Shown: positions 1 to 12,698 of the stretch, piece by piece
How the letters are laid out: each line of letters starts with the position of its first letter
Position numbering within the stretch: the stretch's first letter is position 1
From: Lingula anatina
Lineage: Eukaryota > Animalia > Brachiopoda
Direction of reading: 5' to 3'
Length of the DNA: 64,000 nt
NCBI GenBank assembly: GCA_051362555.1
Contig: CM120641.1
Coordinates: 11,532,001 to 11,596,000, forward strand
Notes under the pieces: generated by a model
Databases searched by the model: none
Seen by the model: only the letters and a program-made list of their open reading frames with translations
What the model was told of the DNA's origin: nothing
Made by a program: the position numbers and the translations under genes

Positions 1-716
1 GTACATTTCCCGACACACCGTAAATTACCGTCAGCAAGAAAATTCTATCGCAAAATATTTCACTTTAGAACATGTACTTATGAGAAAAACGTTCCTCAAA
101 GTTGATGTAATCGAAAGCGGTAAAAAATAGTCAAATAATTTTAGGTAGGCATTATAGGCACAACAGGAAGCAAGTCGGACACTTATCCTTGAAACCGATC
201 CATGCATTCACTTTCCATAACCTAACAGCGGCTCTATAATATTGCTCCGCACTACCTGGTCTGGATATTATATTCTGACAAACATCGGAATAGCATCGCT
301 TACGTCCAGTTGCTCGACGGCAACAGTTATGCATATGAAACTCAAAATTGACCAAGATTCACAAAGACAACTGTATAAATTTTATCTATTATTTTGCTGT
401 AATTTCCATTCTTTGGATGCTTTGATATCACTACATTCAATATGTAATAGAAAGTACGTATGATATCAAAATTATGAAACTTTCTGAATAAATTCAGATA
501 CATCCTAAAATACAATATTTTTATTTTGTACATACGTTTATCAAACACGTAAACATTTGGAGGATGAAAGGCAATAGATAGTCCACAGATTAAACAGGGA
601 GTCCTCCAAAGCAGGAGTCCATATTATTACAAGCCTTTTCTCTGTATTCAAACTGTGTCAGCTCAAGGATCAGAGTGAAGAACAACGTATAACTAACGTA
701 AGTCAGTGGATTTGTT

Positions 717-872
717 ATAGCTGTAGTATAGTATGTTATTTCCACTATGAAGTTAATCTTTGTGCTTCTGTCCGGAGCATTCTGATCAGAAGATTTAATA
801 TAGTTGTAGTGTAGTGTGGGGTCTCCGCTACGTAGTCAGTCTTTGCGCCTCTGTTCTTATCACACTAATCAG
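717..872 (-). repeat. Degenerate 83-bp tandem duplication of the MCRS1 C-terminal codons, stop codon and proximal 3'UTR
   Basis: 872-828 reads LISVIRTEAQRLTT* and 789-745 reads LIRMLRTEAQRLTS*. Both are followed by a similar ...ACTAYACTACARCTATA tail. Confidence 0.8.
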
Positions 873-3800
873 ATCATGGTTCACCAAGAAAATAAAACGT
901 AAACATGATATCTGAAAAAGAAAAGAGATGATTTTGTCAGACTTTCATTAAAAAATACATACATATTGACATCATGTTACTGTTCATGTAGCATATAAAA
1001 TGTCCCATTTAGTGACAGCAAAATATCAAATTCCAATTGAAATTTCATTATTTTAAAGGTTATTACACAATGATTTTTACACACGAAATCTCAGTAAGTT
1101 ACTTACTTCAACCACTGAATTATTGTTTAGTTTCTGTTTATTTCCTGTTAGGACTGGCTTGCCATCAATATAAATTGGTCTTTTGCCCTCATTGGCTATG
1201 TAAAAGTCTCCATTGTTTCTCAATTTAATAATGCCCTGCCGCCTTGAAATCTTCCACGCTGGCCCTTCAAGTGAAAGATCTACATCTATCTGATTATCTT
1301 TTGTAGCTCGACCGAGTGTAATCTGTAATTGGTAGTATGAAATTATTAGTTTTCATGCATTTCCTACTAATGACCTATGGCATATAACTCAGTGCTGATG
1401 ATTCTATTTCTGCTCATGCATGAATTTTATAAATGCTGTAATCTTGTATTTTCCACAAAAATTAACCATATTATAAAGCTTCAACTTTCACTACGTGTTT
1501 ATTATATTCCTACTGGTAGCATACAAGTCTCACCTCCCTGGATCTCATGAGGTACCTGACCAGTCTTCCCCTGAGAACAGCCAGGGTTTGGTTATCAAAA
1601 TCTGGAAGACTCACACCTGTAATGAAATGCCACCACAAGCTTTGTATTTTTTTCCCTGAATCATTATCTTTGAAAAATTACACCTGAGTGCATAATAAAT
1701 TTATACCCAGCTTATAACCTACTTGTTTTATTAAACCATACATTGATTTCAGATTAGACCTGTACTTTGGTTTCAACTTACAAGAAGATTCAAAAGCAAA
1801 CAGAAAAGTTTTACTTACCAGTCACACTGTCGACTAAAACTTGCCACTTTGGCAATTCTTGCTCTAAATGTCGTATTTCTTTCTTATTTCTTCTATCTGA
1901 AACTGCCAATTCTGAAACACAAATGTAGGGAATATAATGTACAGCATATTTTCAAAGTTTGCTAAATTTAGAAATATATTTTTGTCTTCTGCACAATATG
2001 CTACTTACCATATTCTAGAGCTTCATCTCTTGGGTCTTTCAGTTCATCATCATTTAACATATCTTCTGCATCAGAGAAATTGAGCACATGGTCTCCCCTA
2101 GGCATGGGTTGAACTGCAAACAAAACAGAACAATGACTGCCTTTACAACAGTACCCAGGAAGCGTATAATTCCACTAAAAATTCATAGAAAAATAAATGA
2201 CAGGTGACTGGTCAGTCAGACTGATTCCACATGGGAGTTAAAAGGACTCTGAATATTTTGCAAGCAGATGGTGATGGCACACAAAGCCACACTGTCTTAA
2301 ATGCAGAATCTTGTTGCCAATGTAAAATTTGTCGGCAAAAACTGTTGAACTAAAAGCACTGTGTACTCCAGAAAGATAAACAGTGGTAACTGACTACATT
2401 AAGTGAAAAAATTGCCTACACATTGTGAACCTGCTGAAAAAAAAGTAACTCAAGGCCATTTGCTCATAAACACAGATCCTGCATAGTCACATGCCTTTTG
2501 TCTTGATAATCTTTATAACACTGAACAGAAGACAAAATTCTTCATTTCAGCTCATGACAATGTTATTACCTGACTGATCTGGGAGTAAGTGATATTGTTT
2601 CATGAGCAGCCAATGGCCATACAGAGACTTGGCTGTCCTGGTTGGGTAAAACACATCTGAGTTCTCTTCCAGTAGAGTTTGAAAGTGATCCTGACTTGGC
2701 TGGCTTGTCTGCAAGATATACATAAAAATATATCCTACTAGAACTGCACAAGATTAATATTACCATACCCATGATATATGATAGTGGGAAAATCAACTGA
2801 GATTTTGAACGATTTGCAGGAGATTGGGGTGAGAATTTCAAAAATAATGGTAGCCTAGCAAGTGTGGTGTGACAAAGAATAAAAGCTGACAGTCTTTTGC
2901 ACAACATTAAATGGTAATTAATTTTACATATTAGATTTAATAAGCACTCTTAATTCAGATCATATGCCCAAAGTGTATTTACCGAGATCACTGTACCCAG
3001 AAGCTGTTCCTCCCCTTTGCTGTAAAGTGCCTTGGCATGGACGGCAGCAATCACATCTGGGTGAAGTGTCTGCATAGCACTGATGGCTAGTCTGGAATAC
3101 AGGCAGAATTCATCAACATACTTCTCATTGCAACTACTGCAGGCATCCTGGGTTTGGTTGTAAACTTAAACACTAGTATTGTTCAGTAAACAAGTACATT
3201 GCACAAGCTCTTCATAGCAGATGTTACTTGGTTGCATTGTTTTCAGGTAATACATTTTATTCCTGTAGATAAAATGCTATGACTTTCACGTCTTACTATG
3301 TACAGTCTAATGAAAGACCCTAGTTTTCATAACTGCGAGGACAACCTGATTGAAACTGTCTGCAAACAATAAATTAATGAGGACAATGTGCCTAAATATC
3401 ACACAAAAAGTTGCCCTCATGCCTTATAACTAGAGGTATAAATTAAAAAAAAAAGAAAAGAGGAGCACTTACTTTGATATCACAGGATCGTATAAAATAG
3501 CATACCATCTTTCTTGAATTTCTTTTAAAGTGAACTTGCAAGAAAATTTCACTCCCAAATGAACTGACTGAAGATCACAGGTCTAAAATAATGAGAAATA
3601 ATGTAAGTACATATTTTTTGGGATGTCTAATTACTAATAAATCTCACACTTCAAATGCTCAATGGTATAAGTAAACAACAATTTAATTATACACACACCG
3701 TTTATCATTTTCCCTTTAACCAAGAAGAATAGTCAGGTGTCTGACCCCCGTCTCACCTGCTGAACTGCAGTAATCAGAGCCAAGTCATCTTGTGGCTTCC

Positions 3801-5480
3801 ATCTTCCTAGGTCTTTGGCAGAACTTCCTGTTGCTGGTTGCTATTAATAATTACAATATACAGCAATTCATTACATTTGATATGTCTTTTTTAGATGTGT
3901 ACTATATAATGCAAATTGCAAAATATAGATGCTTATTTCAATAATATATTACTTTTATAACTAAAAGTTATTAATCAATACAAGCAATGAAATTACAAAT
4001 GGTGTTTTAATTCACCTTATGTTCCACAGTGACAGAGATAACATACCTTTGACTTTTTGGTTCTTTTGGTTGAGGCAGATTTGGAAGGCTAAAAAAGGAA
4101 TGTGTGACTTGTATATCAATAAAACTTTACTGTTTCCAATTACCCTTTGATATAATATACTAAAAATTCTTAAGTTTAAAATAATGTTAAACTAAGCATA
4201 AGTTTTGTTTTAGTCTCTTTAAACTTGGATTGTAAGTCAGGAAATCTCGATTTAGGAAATGAGCGACATGTGAAATGGACCTCTACAGTTTGACACTGCT
4301 CTTTAAGTGCAATCATCTGATCAATTATTTCAATTTCTATCTTAACCTCATCAAGGAAAATCTTAACTAAGGCACAGACCAGATGTTTGATACTGAATAA
4401 TATTTTGAATGATGTCATTCAGTTTGCTTATGGTTCAAAAAATAATTTGAAGCAAGTTCAAAGTCCTCATAATGAGTTGACCAACATCAAATATACACAC
4501 ATCATCATCCAACTGAAACTAAGACAATATAATTTCTGACGGATTTTTGGTCTTTAAGATAGAACATATTTTCCTCCAAAATCAATAACCAGGTGTTTTG
4601 TCTATTTTTACCTTTAATGGTAAAATGTGAGAATGAAAAAAATTAAGCAAGGAATGTGAGACTTAGGGACCATTCCCACAGACATTTGGATCGATCTATC
4701 TCCCTGGGGAGTCTCACTAAACTGCTATCAACTTAACCAGCTAAAATGTCTGTCACGCCTAGTAAAGCTGCCAGGGGGTAATTATCTTTGCCCCTTAGCT
4801 GATGCAGTAGGCGTGACAGACATATAAGCCAGGCAAGTTGATAGCAATTTAGTGAGACTCCCCATGGAGTTAGACCGATCCAGATGGATCGATCTAGGCA
4901 TGGCAACCCAGTCTTAAGCTCAGGCAGAAGCACAAATATACAGAATACAGCAGCCTCAGCAGGACAGAACAGTACAGCAAGGGGCAACTAATAGTAGTTG
5001 CCTGTGTGTATGTGTGTGGCTGCATTTAAGAACTACTGTTCATCAGCTTATTTCTAAGAGAATTCTCCATACTGGTGGAGTCAGATGAGAGTTCTAACTG
5101 AAAGGGAGCAGGCAACCCAGTGAAGCACATTGTTCTACCTTTTTCTTCTCTTGTGGAGGTAGAACAGGAGCTGGTGCCGGTTCCAGGGGCTGAGACTCTG
5201 GCTTAGGATCAGGAGGTTTCAACCTTCCTCTGTCTGATTTTATAAGGCTACTTTCAACAAGTTCATCATCAAATTTCTTCCTTTTGATTGATCTGGTTGA
5301 ACTCCTGCGAGTCTGCTTGGAGTCTAAATAAGAATGTGAAATAAATGATGTTCTTGTTTGTGGTCCTGACATCACTGGAGAAGATACATATGAATTTGGA
5401 GATTCTTCACTGGAAAGTACAGACCCTGTCTTAAATGACTTTTGAAATCCTGTGGAATCAGTTGAGTTTTCTTCTGCCAT
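828..5480 (-). CDS. MCRS1: Microspherule protein 1 (NSL/INO80 complex subunit, C-terminal FHA domain), 11 coding exons
   Basis: GT-AG exons join in frame: 5139-5480, 4047-4088, 3757-3840, 3473-3582, 2983-3091, 2570-2708, 2009-2113, 1819-1911, 1534-1616, 1107-1322, 828-911. Peptides RRSSTRSIKRKKFDDELVESSL, DLGRWKPQDDLALI, VHLGVKFSCKFTLKEIQERWYAILYDP, FDNQTLAVLRGRLVRYLMRSREITLGRATKDNQIDVDLSLEGPAWKISRRQG match MCRS1. Confidence 0.96.
4673..4898. mobile_element. Fold-back (palindromic) MITE in an MCRS1 intron
   Basis: Long inverted arms: GGATCGATCTA..GGGGAGTCTCACTAAACTGCTATCAACTT pairs with AAGTTGATAGCAATTTAGTGAGACTCCCC..TAGACCGATCC, with an inner TGTCTGTCACGCCTA / TAGGCGTGACAGACA pair. A related copy lies at ~40748-40947. 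Confidence 0.8.
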
Positions 5481-6240
5481 TTTTAGGCAATTCTCCTGAA
5501 AAAAAATTGAACAGAGATGTCTTACACAGTAATTTTGACATTTTCACTTAATTTTATATGTTAGCTCTTATAAGCCATAAAAACTGGCCTGGCAACAGGA
5601 GTAAACTTCCATAAAGGGTAAGATATCATCACAATTATATTTTCAAACATAGAACTGTTAGAAGGGAGAGTGAAAGGTATACATAGATCTCTTCCAAAGG
5701 TGAAGCCACAGCCTACCCTCTCTGTTTGTGTGAACACACGTGTACCTGTCAATGTGATTTAAAGTTATTTTCTCAGAGAGACATAAGGATTTTTTTACTC
5801 TGTCTTATTGAAAGATGAAATGCCACAAATATGGGCAATTGCACCAGGCACAATACTACTACTATAATTATTATTTTTATATACGATCAAGATGACAGCA
5901 AATTTAACTTTGATTAACTCACAGCCTTGGTTTGTAAATTGTAAAATAATGTATGCAATGGCAGATAATTCAGGACGAGTAAGGACGCACGAAGAAACTG
6001 ACTGAACTTGGAAGTTCAACTTGTATGTGGCGGGGAAACAAAGCTTTTGAAATGTTGTGCCAGAGTAATTTGTGTAAGAGTAGCGTTTTGAAATAGAATT
6101 TTTGTTTTGCTAGACCATGGTAGAGAAGGCCAGACCAGGTACTTGGTAGATCTGATTAAGTCAAATGTCTTCAATGATTTTGTTCACACTCTTACTGTCT
6201 TACATCATAATAAGCACTTTAAGTATTTCCACCAACCTAC

Positions 6241-6473
6241 CTTCTTCAACAGGAAACAACTAATGTGTATATTAGGAAGCACCTCGCACGTGCACGAGAT
6301 TTTACGATTTTCTCCTTAATATTATATTAATTATACCCGAAATAAGTCTGTTGATAAGATATTATACTCAAATTGATGACAAAATGAGAAAATGTTTATA
6401 ATTTTTATGACACAATTTGTACATCTAAAAAGAGTCCCCCACAATGCACTTTTCTGGCGTGGCAGATACCAAT
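6241..6473. promoter_or_regulatory. Bidirectional promoter region MCRS1/DNAJB11, including a probable non-coding MCRS1 first exon
   Basis: Minus-strand donor AAG|GTAGGT at 6241/6240 fits the acceptor at 5496, just upstream of the MCRS1 ATG. The DNAJB11 ATG is at 6474. There is a local CpG increase and a CACGTG box near 6287. Confidence 0.6.
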
Positions 6474-9400
6474 ATGGCGACCCCCATGAACCGGTGGATC
6501 TTTTTGGCAAACTTTTTTCTGCTGCTAGTTCAAGTTTTAGGGGGGTAAGTAGACTTTGGTAAATCTGATTATCGGCGTTAGAATTATTTTGATTTTTCGG
6601 TTAGAGTTTTTCCTCTTTATTTAGTTTCACTTCACGTTATAACATGTGGTTTTAACACACAATTTGACGTTTCTTAGATGAAAAGTCTGCAGACAAAAAC
6701 GTGGATGACTATGATTGGACCATTTTACTGAACAGGACGTAGACATGTGTTGTTGTTTTGACGGATGCACTGTGCTTATTGATAGTTGTTGGCAATATCG
6801 GGATAATTGTCCTGACGGTATCACTCAGACAATTTTACTCTATATTGCACAAACTTTCCGACATGAAATAAACTTCGTTGCATTGCATTGCACACATTTT
6901 ACATGATTTTCTTAACTTCTTAATAATACAGGTAGCTGTGTTAAGAAAGTCATTTCCTTTTTGGCACTTTGGTTTAATTCACGAATAAATTCCTAAAAAA
7001 AACTTGTCTGGATAACTGTACTCTGTAGTTTTCCTACTTATGTTATTGTGAAATAAGATCTGGTTAAAGCTGTTCATTGATCACCCAAACCCAATTACAG
7101 AGGTGCAAATGAGTTCACAGGCATGCTTTAAAAATGATTTGTGCACAGATTACAAACTATGTTGATTGTATTTTGTATCAATGTTTCACTCTCCTGAAAC
7201 TATGAATAATAAAAATAATTCATCATTTAATCCCAAAAAGAAATTGTCATGAATTACTGTCACAGATGCAAAACATCCAGCTGTGGAAAGGTTTTACTCA
7301 CTTTGAAAATTCAATAATCACCAGTTTTGTTCTTTAATTTATCTCCTACAAGTATAACATTGTAAAATTATGATAATATTCTGTGTAGACCAGTTAATTT
7401 TTTTTTTCAAGTGACTCTAGTTTGCCTGTCACTGAATATTGTAAGAACAGAAAAATACATTCTACTGACAGTAATATAACCATTTTAATAAACTATTTTC
7501 CATCAGTGGACTGTGGTCCAAATATTATATCAGAAATATAAAAAAAAATCATGGAATCACAATGTATTTTCCAGACAGCAATTTCCCAGTGCACCAAGTA
7601 CTTGGGCAAGATGACACTTTCTGACAATTTTTCTGGGGAACACATCATGTAGTATTAGCAACAACGCAAAGCCCCTCGAGTTACAGTTTAAAAACATCCT
7701 TATGTTATATATAATTTACCATGACTGAATAAATACAAAATTTATCGAAACGCGATACAAAAATTAAAATTTTATGGCCCAGAACATACGTTAAGGGAAC
7801 AAGCATTACAATTTAGGCTCCTTACATAATGTATAGACATGGTAAAAATTAAAAGTAAGTGGGTTTGGGTTTGATGTGTGATTTTTGTTAGCAGCAAAAC
7901 TTGCCATATAAATTTATATTTTAAGATAAATGGGAATGCAAGACTATGACTATTTGGTCTACAAAACAATCATAATAACTATGCAATAACTCAGTCACTG
8001 TAGAAAAAAAGTGTCATATTTACATTGTCTATGAGACATATTAATTTCAGGAGAGACTTCTATAATATTCTTGGTGTACCAAGAAATGCAGACACTAATC
8101 AGATCAAAAGAGCATACAGGCGCCTGGCTAAAGAAATGCATCCAGATAAAAACAAAGGGGATGCAGAAGCTAATGAAAAATTTCAAAATTTAGGAGCAGC
8201 ATATGAGGTATATGTCAGAACAAAATCTAAATATAGAGAATGTACATGACTTTTGTATATCAGAATATAAATGAAAAATGTAACTGTGAATGAAACAAAC
8301 AAGGGTTCACATATGTAACAAAGCAGTTTGTTTTACAAGTTGTTATATTTCTGTCATAATTTATTTCAGGAATGAGAAAATTAATTAGAATAAACTGACA
8401 TCTTTTGCAGGTTTTATCTGATCCTGATAAAAGAAAAATATATGACAGGCATGGAGAGGAAGGATTAAACAAACAAGACATGGGTGGTGATCCATTTTCT
8501 AGGTACTACATGTACATTGTCCTTGTCAAACTGCTTTCATGGAGTTAAATTTGTTTTTATTTGAATTTTTAAATCACATGCTTTTTACAGTGCAGTATAT
8601 TTTGTATGCATTGCTTCAAATGATTTGACTTTCAAATATGAGGGGTGTACGAAGACAATAATATTATTTATTGAAGTGATGATCATTTTATGTACACACA
8701 CTGATATTTTCTTTTCTTTTTTGTAGTTTCTTTGGTGACTTCAGCTTTTTTGGAGGTAACATGAAACAGCATGAGTCAGAAACGCCGAGAGGTGGAGATG
8801 TTGTTGTTAATTTGGATGTCACTTTAGAGGAATTATACACAGGAAATTTTGTAGAGGCAAGTTTAGAATTTTTTTCCATCACTTGTAGACACATCAGACG
8901 TAATTAATATTTTTTTGAAAACCGCATGTTGAAATACTCAGTATTATTCATGCTATACCAGTTGAATGTGTGACAAAAATTAATCAATGAAGAAATGTTT
9001 GTAATCTCAGTCTCCCAGTGGAGGTGTACTGATGTGCTAAAGGGGCACACTTCTGACCACCTTTTCATTTGACAGGTAATAAGATACAAACCAGTTGCCA
9101 AACCTGCCCAGGGAACAAGAAAATGTAACTGCCGTCACGAAATGAGGACAGTGCAGCTTGGTCCAGGGAGGTTCCAGATGTCACAAGAACAAGTCTGTGA
9201 TGATTGCCCTAATGTAAAGTGAGTGCTAAATAGACTTTAAATAATGTTTATTGTATAAATTTAAATAAAATGTAAATTGATGGAATAAACAATTTCAAGA
9301 AGCAAGCAACTTTTTAAGACCAATGAAATTACAATTTTAAATAATCTCAACAGTCCTAAATATTTGCCTTTTCTTTTTCAGATTTGTCCCAGAAGAAAAA

Positions 9401-11157
9401 TTATTAGAAATTGAAATTGAACCGGGCATGAGGAATGGACAAGAGTACCCCTTTGTGGCAGAAGGAGAACCACACATAGATGGGGAACCAGGGGATTTGA
9501 GATTTAAGATAAACCAACTAAAGTACGAATTTTCAATATTCCACATTTGCATATTTTGTTGAGTTAACAGGCATTTATATACCGGCATAGGATACATGCA
9601 CGTGTTGAATTTAGTAAAAGTTGTATTTAACAGGAAATACTTACATGATTGTTCATCATATGTTTTTCTCTTTGTTTTATTTTATTGTTCATTATCACAA
9701 CACATTGGAAAACTGTTAAATTCCAATTTTAATATGATGCAAATTTATACAGATTATTCATTACTTTTTCCAGACATAAAAAATTTGAGCGTCGCGGGGA
9801 CGACCTCTATACTAATGTCACTATAACACTAGTGGATGCTCTCAATGGCTTTGAAATGGAGATTAAACACTTGGATGGTCATAAGGTATTTAAAGCTACA
9901 ATTTCAGTTCACTTTTCTCATTGGTATCTGTCTGGCAAATTACAGTTACTTTGATACAATGTTCAGGGGTGGATTTAGGCCGTCTACTGGAAGACGGTCA
10001 GATTTTCAAGTTTACATTGTCAGCCATCTAATGTTTTCTGTCGGAAGACGGTCAAAAATGGAAGATGGATCAACAAAGATAATTTGGAAGACTGTCAGAA
10101 AATATCTCTGGATCCGCCCCTGATGTTTTAGTACTTAACAATGACTGTGGTGCGTTCCCTACATCAAATGGTAAAATGACACCAAGATCCTGCAAGTATT
10201 TAGGTAGCGAGTTGTATAGGCATTAAGTTAAATGACAATATTTAAATTCAGCATATCAGACCCCATGAAAGCAAACTCACCTTGGCACAAATTGTATTCT
10301 TTAAACATCGTTTCCCATAAAGTGGTGGTATTTTGACAATTGTACTTCACAGGTAAGTGTGGCATGTAATTTGAAGCAAAGTTTGTTTGAAGCTTATGAT
10401 CAATAATAATGTGAAAAAGTTTAAAAAATTAAAGTAAAATTATTAATCATTTAGGTCAAAGTGACCAGAGATAAAATTACCTGGCCTGGTGCTAGGATAC
10501 GCAAGGCAGGAGAAGGAATGCCCAACTATGAAAACAACAACGTGAAAGGAACTTTGTTTATAACGTTTGATGTGGAATTTCCAAAAGTGGTACTTACAGA
10601 TGAAGATAAAGAAGGTATGTGTGTTAACAATATTTTCCCCTAATTAATTTGATAGAGTGTCACAGTTGTGATCAATCTTTCACAACATCTCCTTTGACAT
10701 TTTTCCATTATGCAGTCTGTGCCAAATCCTTTTCAACTTAAAAGACCATCTGGGCCACCAGTCTTTTAATCTACTGGCCTGAATCAAAATTTACTGGACC
10801 AAGTCCAATTAAAAAAAATTACTTAAATTAACTAATTGAATTTTCTATAATAAATAAAAACAAAAACATGGGGTTTTCAAAAGGTACTTTAAAACACTAC
10901 ATTTAGCTTGTACATTTATAAAAAAATTGGAGTGTATATTACAGGTGAAAAAATTCCACTGGCCTGGCAGAGCCAGTAACTGAGTTTTTCAGAAATGTCA
11001 CCTGCCCAATCCAATTTTTACTGGCATTGGCAATCTGGCAAGTGGTTAATGTTGCAGGCTGTTATGTAAATGAACTATTTTTTCTCTTTCAGCTATCAAA
11101 AATGCTCTCAAACAAGAATCGAAGACAAAAGTATACAATGGCCTTCAAGGTTACTAA
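6474..11157 (+). CDS. DNAJB11: DnaJ homolog subfamily B member 11 (ERdj3, ER Hsp40 co-chaperone), 9 coding exons
   Basis: Exons 6474-6544 (signal peptide [23 protein letters not shown]), 8051-8207 (J domain, HPDKN), 8411-8502, 8727-8856, 9076-9218 ([20 protein letters not shown]), 9382-9522 ([15 protein letters not shown]), 9774-9885, 10455-10614, 11093-11157 ending KVYNGLQGY*, the diagnostic ERdj3 C-terminus. Confidence 0.97.
9964..10122. mobile_element. 159-bp non-autonomous DNA transposon (MITE), copy 1
   Basis: TIRs CAGGGGTGGAT / ATCCGCCCCTG flanked by a 5-bp direct repeat ATGTT (9959-9963, 10123-10127). Homologous to 13854-14012. Confidence 0.85.
10713..11061. mobile_element. Probable MITE in the last DNAJB11 intron
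   Basis: Ends CAGTCTG / CAGGCTG, internal repeated ACTGGC motifs, flanked by TTATG on both sides. Confidence 0.55.
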
Positions 11158-12698
11158 CACTTTTATATAATTTTTATTTATAGTTTTGGTGGTATTTCTT
11201 TATTGATATGGTAATGTGTATATATGGTGTACTGGTTATCATAGAAGAGACCCTTTTGAAATTAAGATAAGTATTTATTTTGATCATGTTATGTTGTGAT
11301 GTGTAAAGTGAAAAAGACAATGAAATTATTTTTAATAATGCTTTGTTCAGAACTGCACTTCTTTAGGAGATAACAAGCCATGATCATGGTGCCCACATCT
11401 CACTTTAAGGCCACGTTGATTGTTCAGGTTGATTATTCAGTTAAACACTTGGTATGTTAGAGAGAAACAAAATTATTGCTGTGACAGTCATAGTTTTGTA
11501 TATCATGTCATGTATTCAATAATCAGAATGTTTTTTAGACCCTTCAGTACCAAGTAGAATTCTCAAGAGTCATTTGTTCAGTAGGTATCATCTTCAACAA
11601 TTGATTTAAGGCAAAGATCACTTTAGGATAAAATTCCATCAATCAGACATTCACTGAATTTTCCTATCAAGTCCAACATTAAGTTCATGTAATATTAGGA
11701 TAGTTTTTAAAACGTTTTCAGATGTTATTCTGTTATTCATTATCATTCTACTGTTTCACCGCTTTGATAGAACAGTTTACAGTTTTTGTATGGCATTGGG
11801 GATATTTATTATTTGTAAGTCAGAGAAGACTTTAAGGAACTCTTGGTGTTGCCTAAAATTTCCTTTTTGCTTTGCTTAGTTTTTGTGATGAGAACTGCCA
11901 ACAAATGGTATCTCGACCATGGTAACAAAGCAAATGTGATGTGCAATTAATATGTAAACATCTGTTTAAAAGATTATGCATTTAGAATTAAGTTGCATAA
12001 AAACTTTCCTGGTCTCAGTTTTCACTTTATTGCAACTGCCATATCTGAACCAATAGAATCACTAAAATGTGATATAATTACAAGTTACAAAAAAAATTTT
12101 AGCATTTTTATGAAAATATATGTAAAATGACCACTAAAGACCTCTTTCTTCAAATCATCAAGTGTAACTCATGTATGTTACAATTAGTTTGTTGATTTGA
12201 AATTCAACAAATGTATTGTTAAGTTTACAGCACCTGTCAACTGGCTTCCATGTGATGTTTACAGAGATCGTGACAGGCTGACATATACAGCTGCAAAGAG
12301 ACTGGCCTGTTGTATTCAAGATGTCACCTTCAGAAACTGGCATCATGAGGACTGCCATGATTGCCCATTTGAAGATGTAAAAGATATATATAAAATAAAA
12401 TAAAAACTCATTCTTAAAGGCAGTTTTAGTCCTGTAAATACAATTTTGAAATTGATTTTTCCCAGTTATCTGTCCCTTTCCATTCCTTACTTGGTAAAAT
12501 TATAATAAAAACAAAAAATTAGTTCTTAATGTCATTCAGCTGTGATAGAGGAACATTATCAAGATCCGAGTTTGAATCTGTAACTCGGACAAACAAACAG
12601 TTTTTATGTATGCTACTGGTGACAATCTGTTACTGCAAATCTAACATGCACTACACTCTCAAAGCTGGTTACTGAAGGCATCTTTTCTATCTTTCTCA

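Noticed and set aside
1-470. CpG-richer stretch with short ORFs (152-355, 242-463) and a possible plus-strand terminal exon after an AG near 228
   Set aside because: No recognisable protein similarity and no way to fix the frame. It may belong to a gene outside the window.
2566-2907. 113-aa minus-strand ORF
   Set aside because: It is a wrong-frame reading across an MCRS1 exon plus intron.
12530-12600. B-box-like GAGTTTGAATC within a small hairpin, suggesting a tRNA or SINE
   Set aside because: No cloverleaf, no convincing A box and no second copy.
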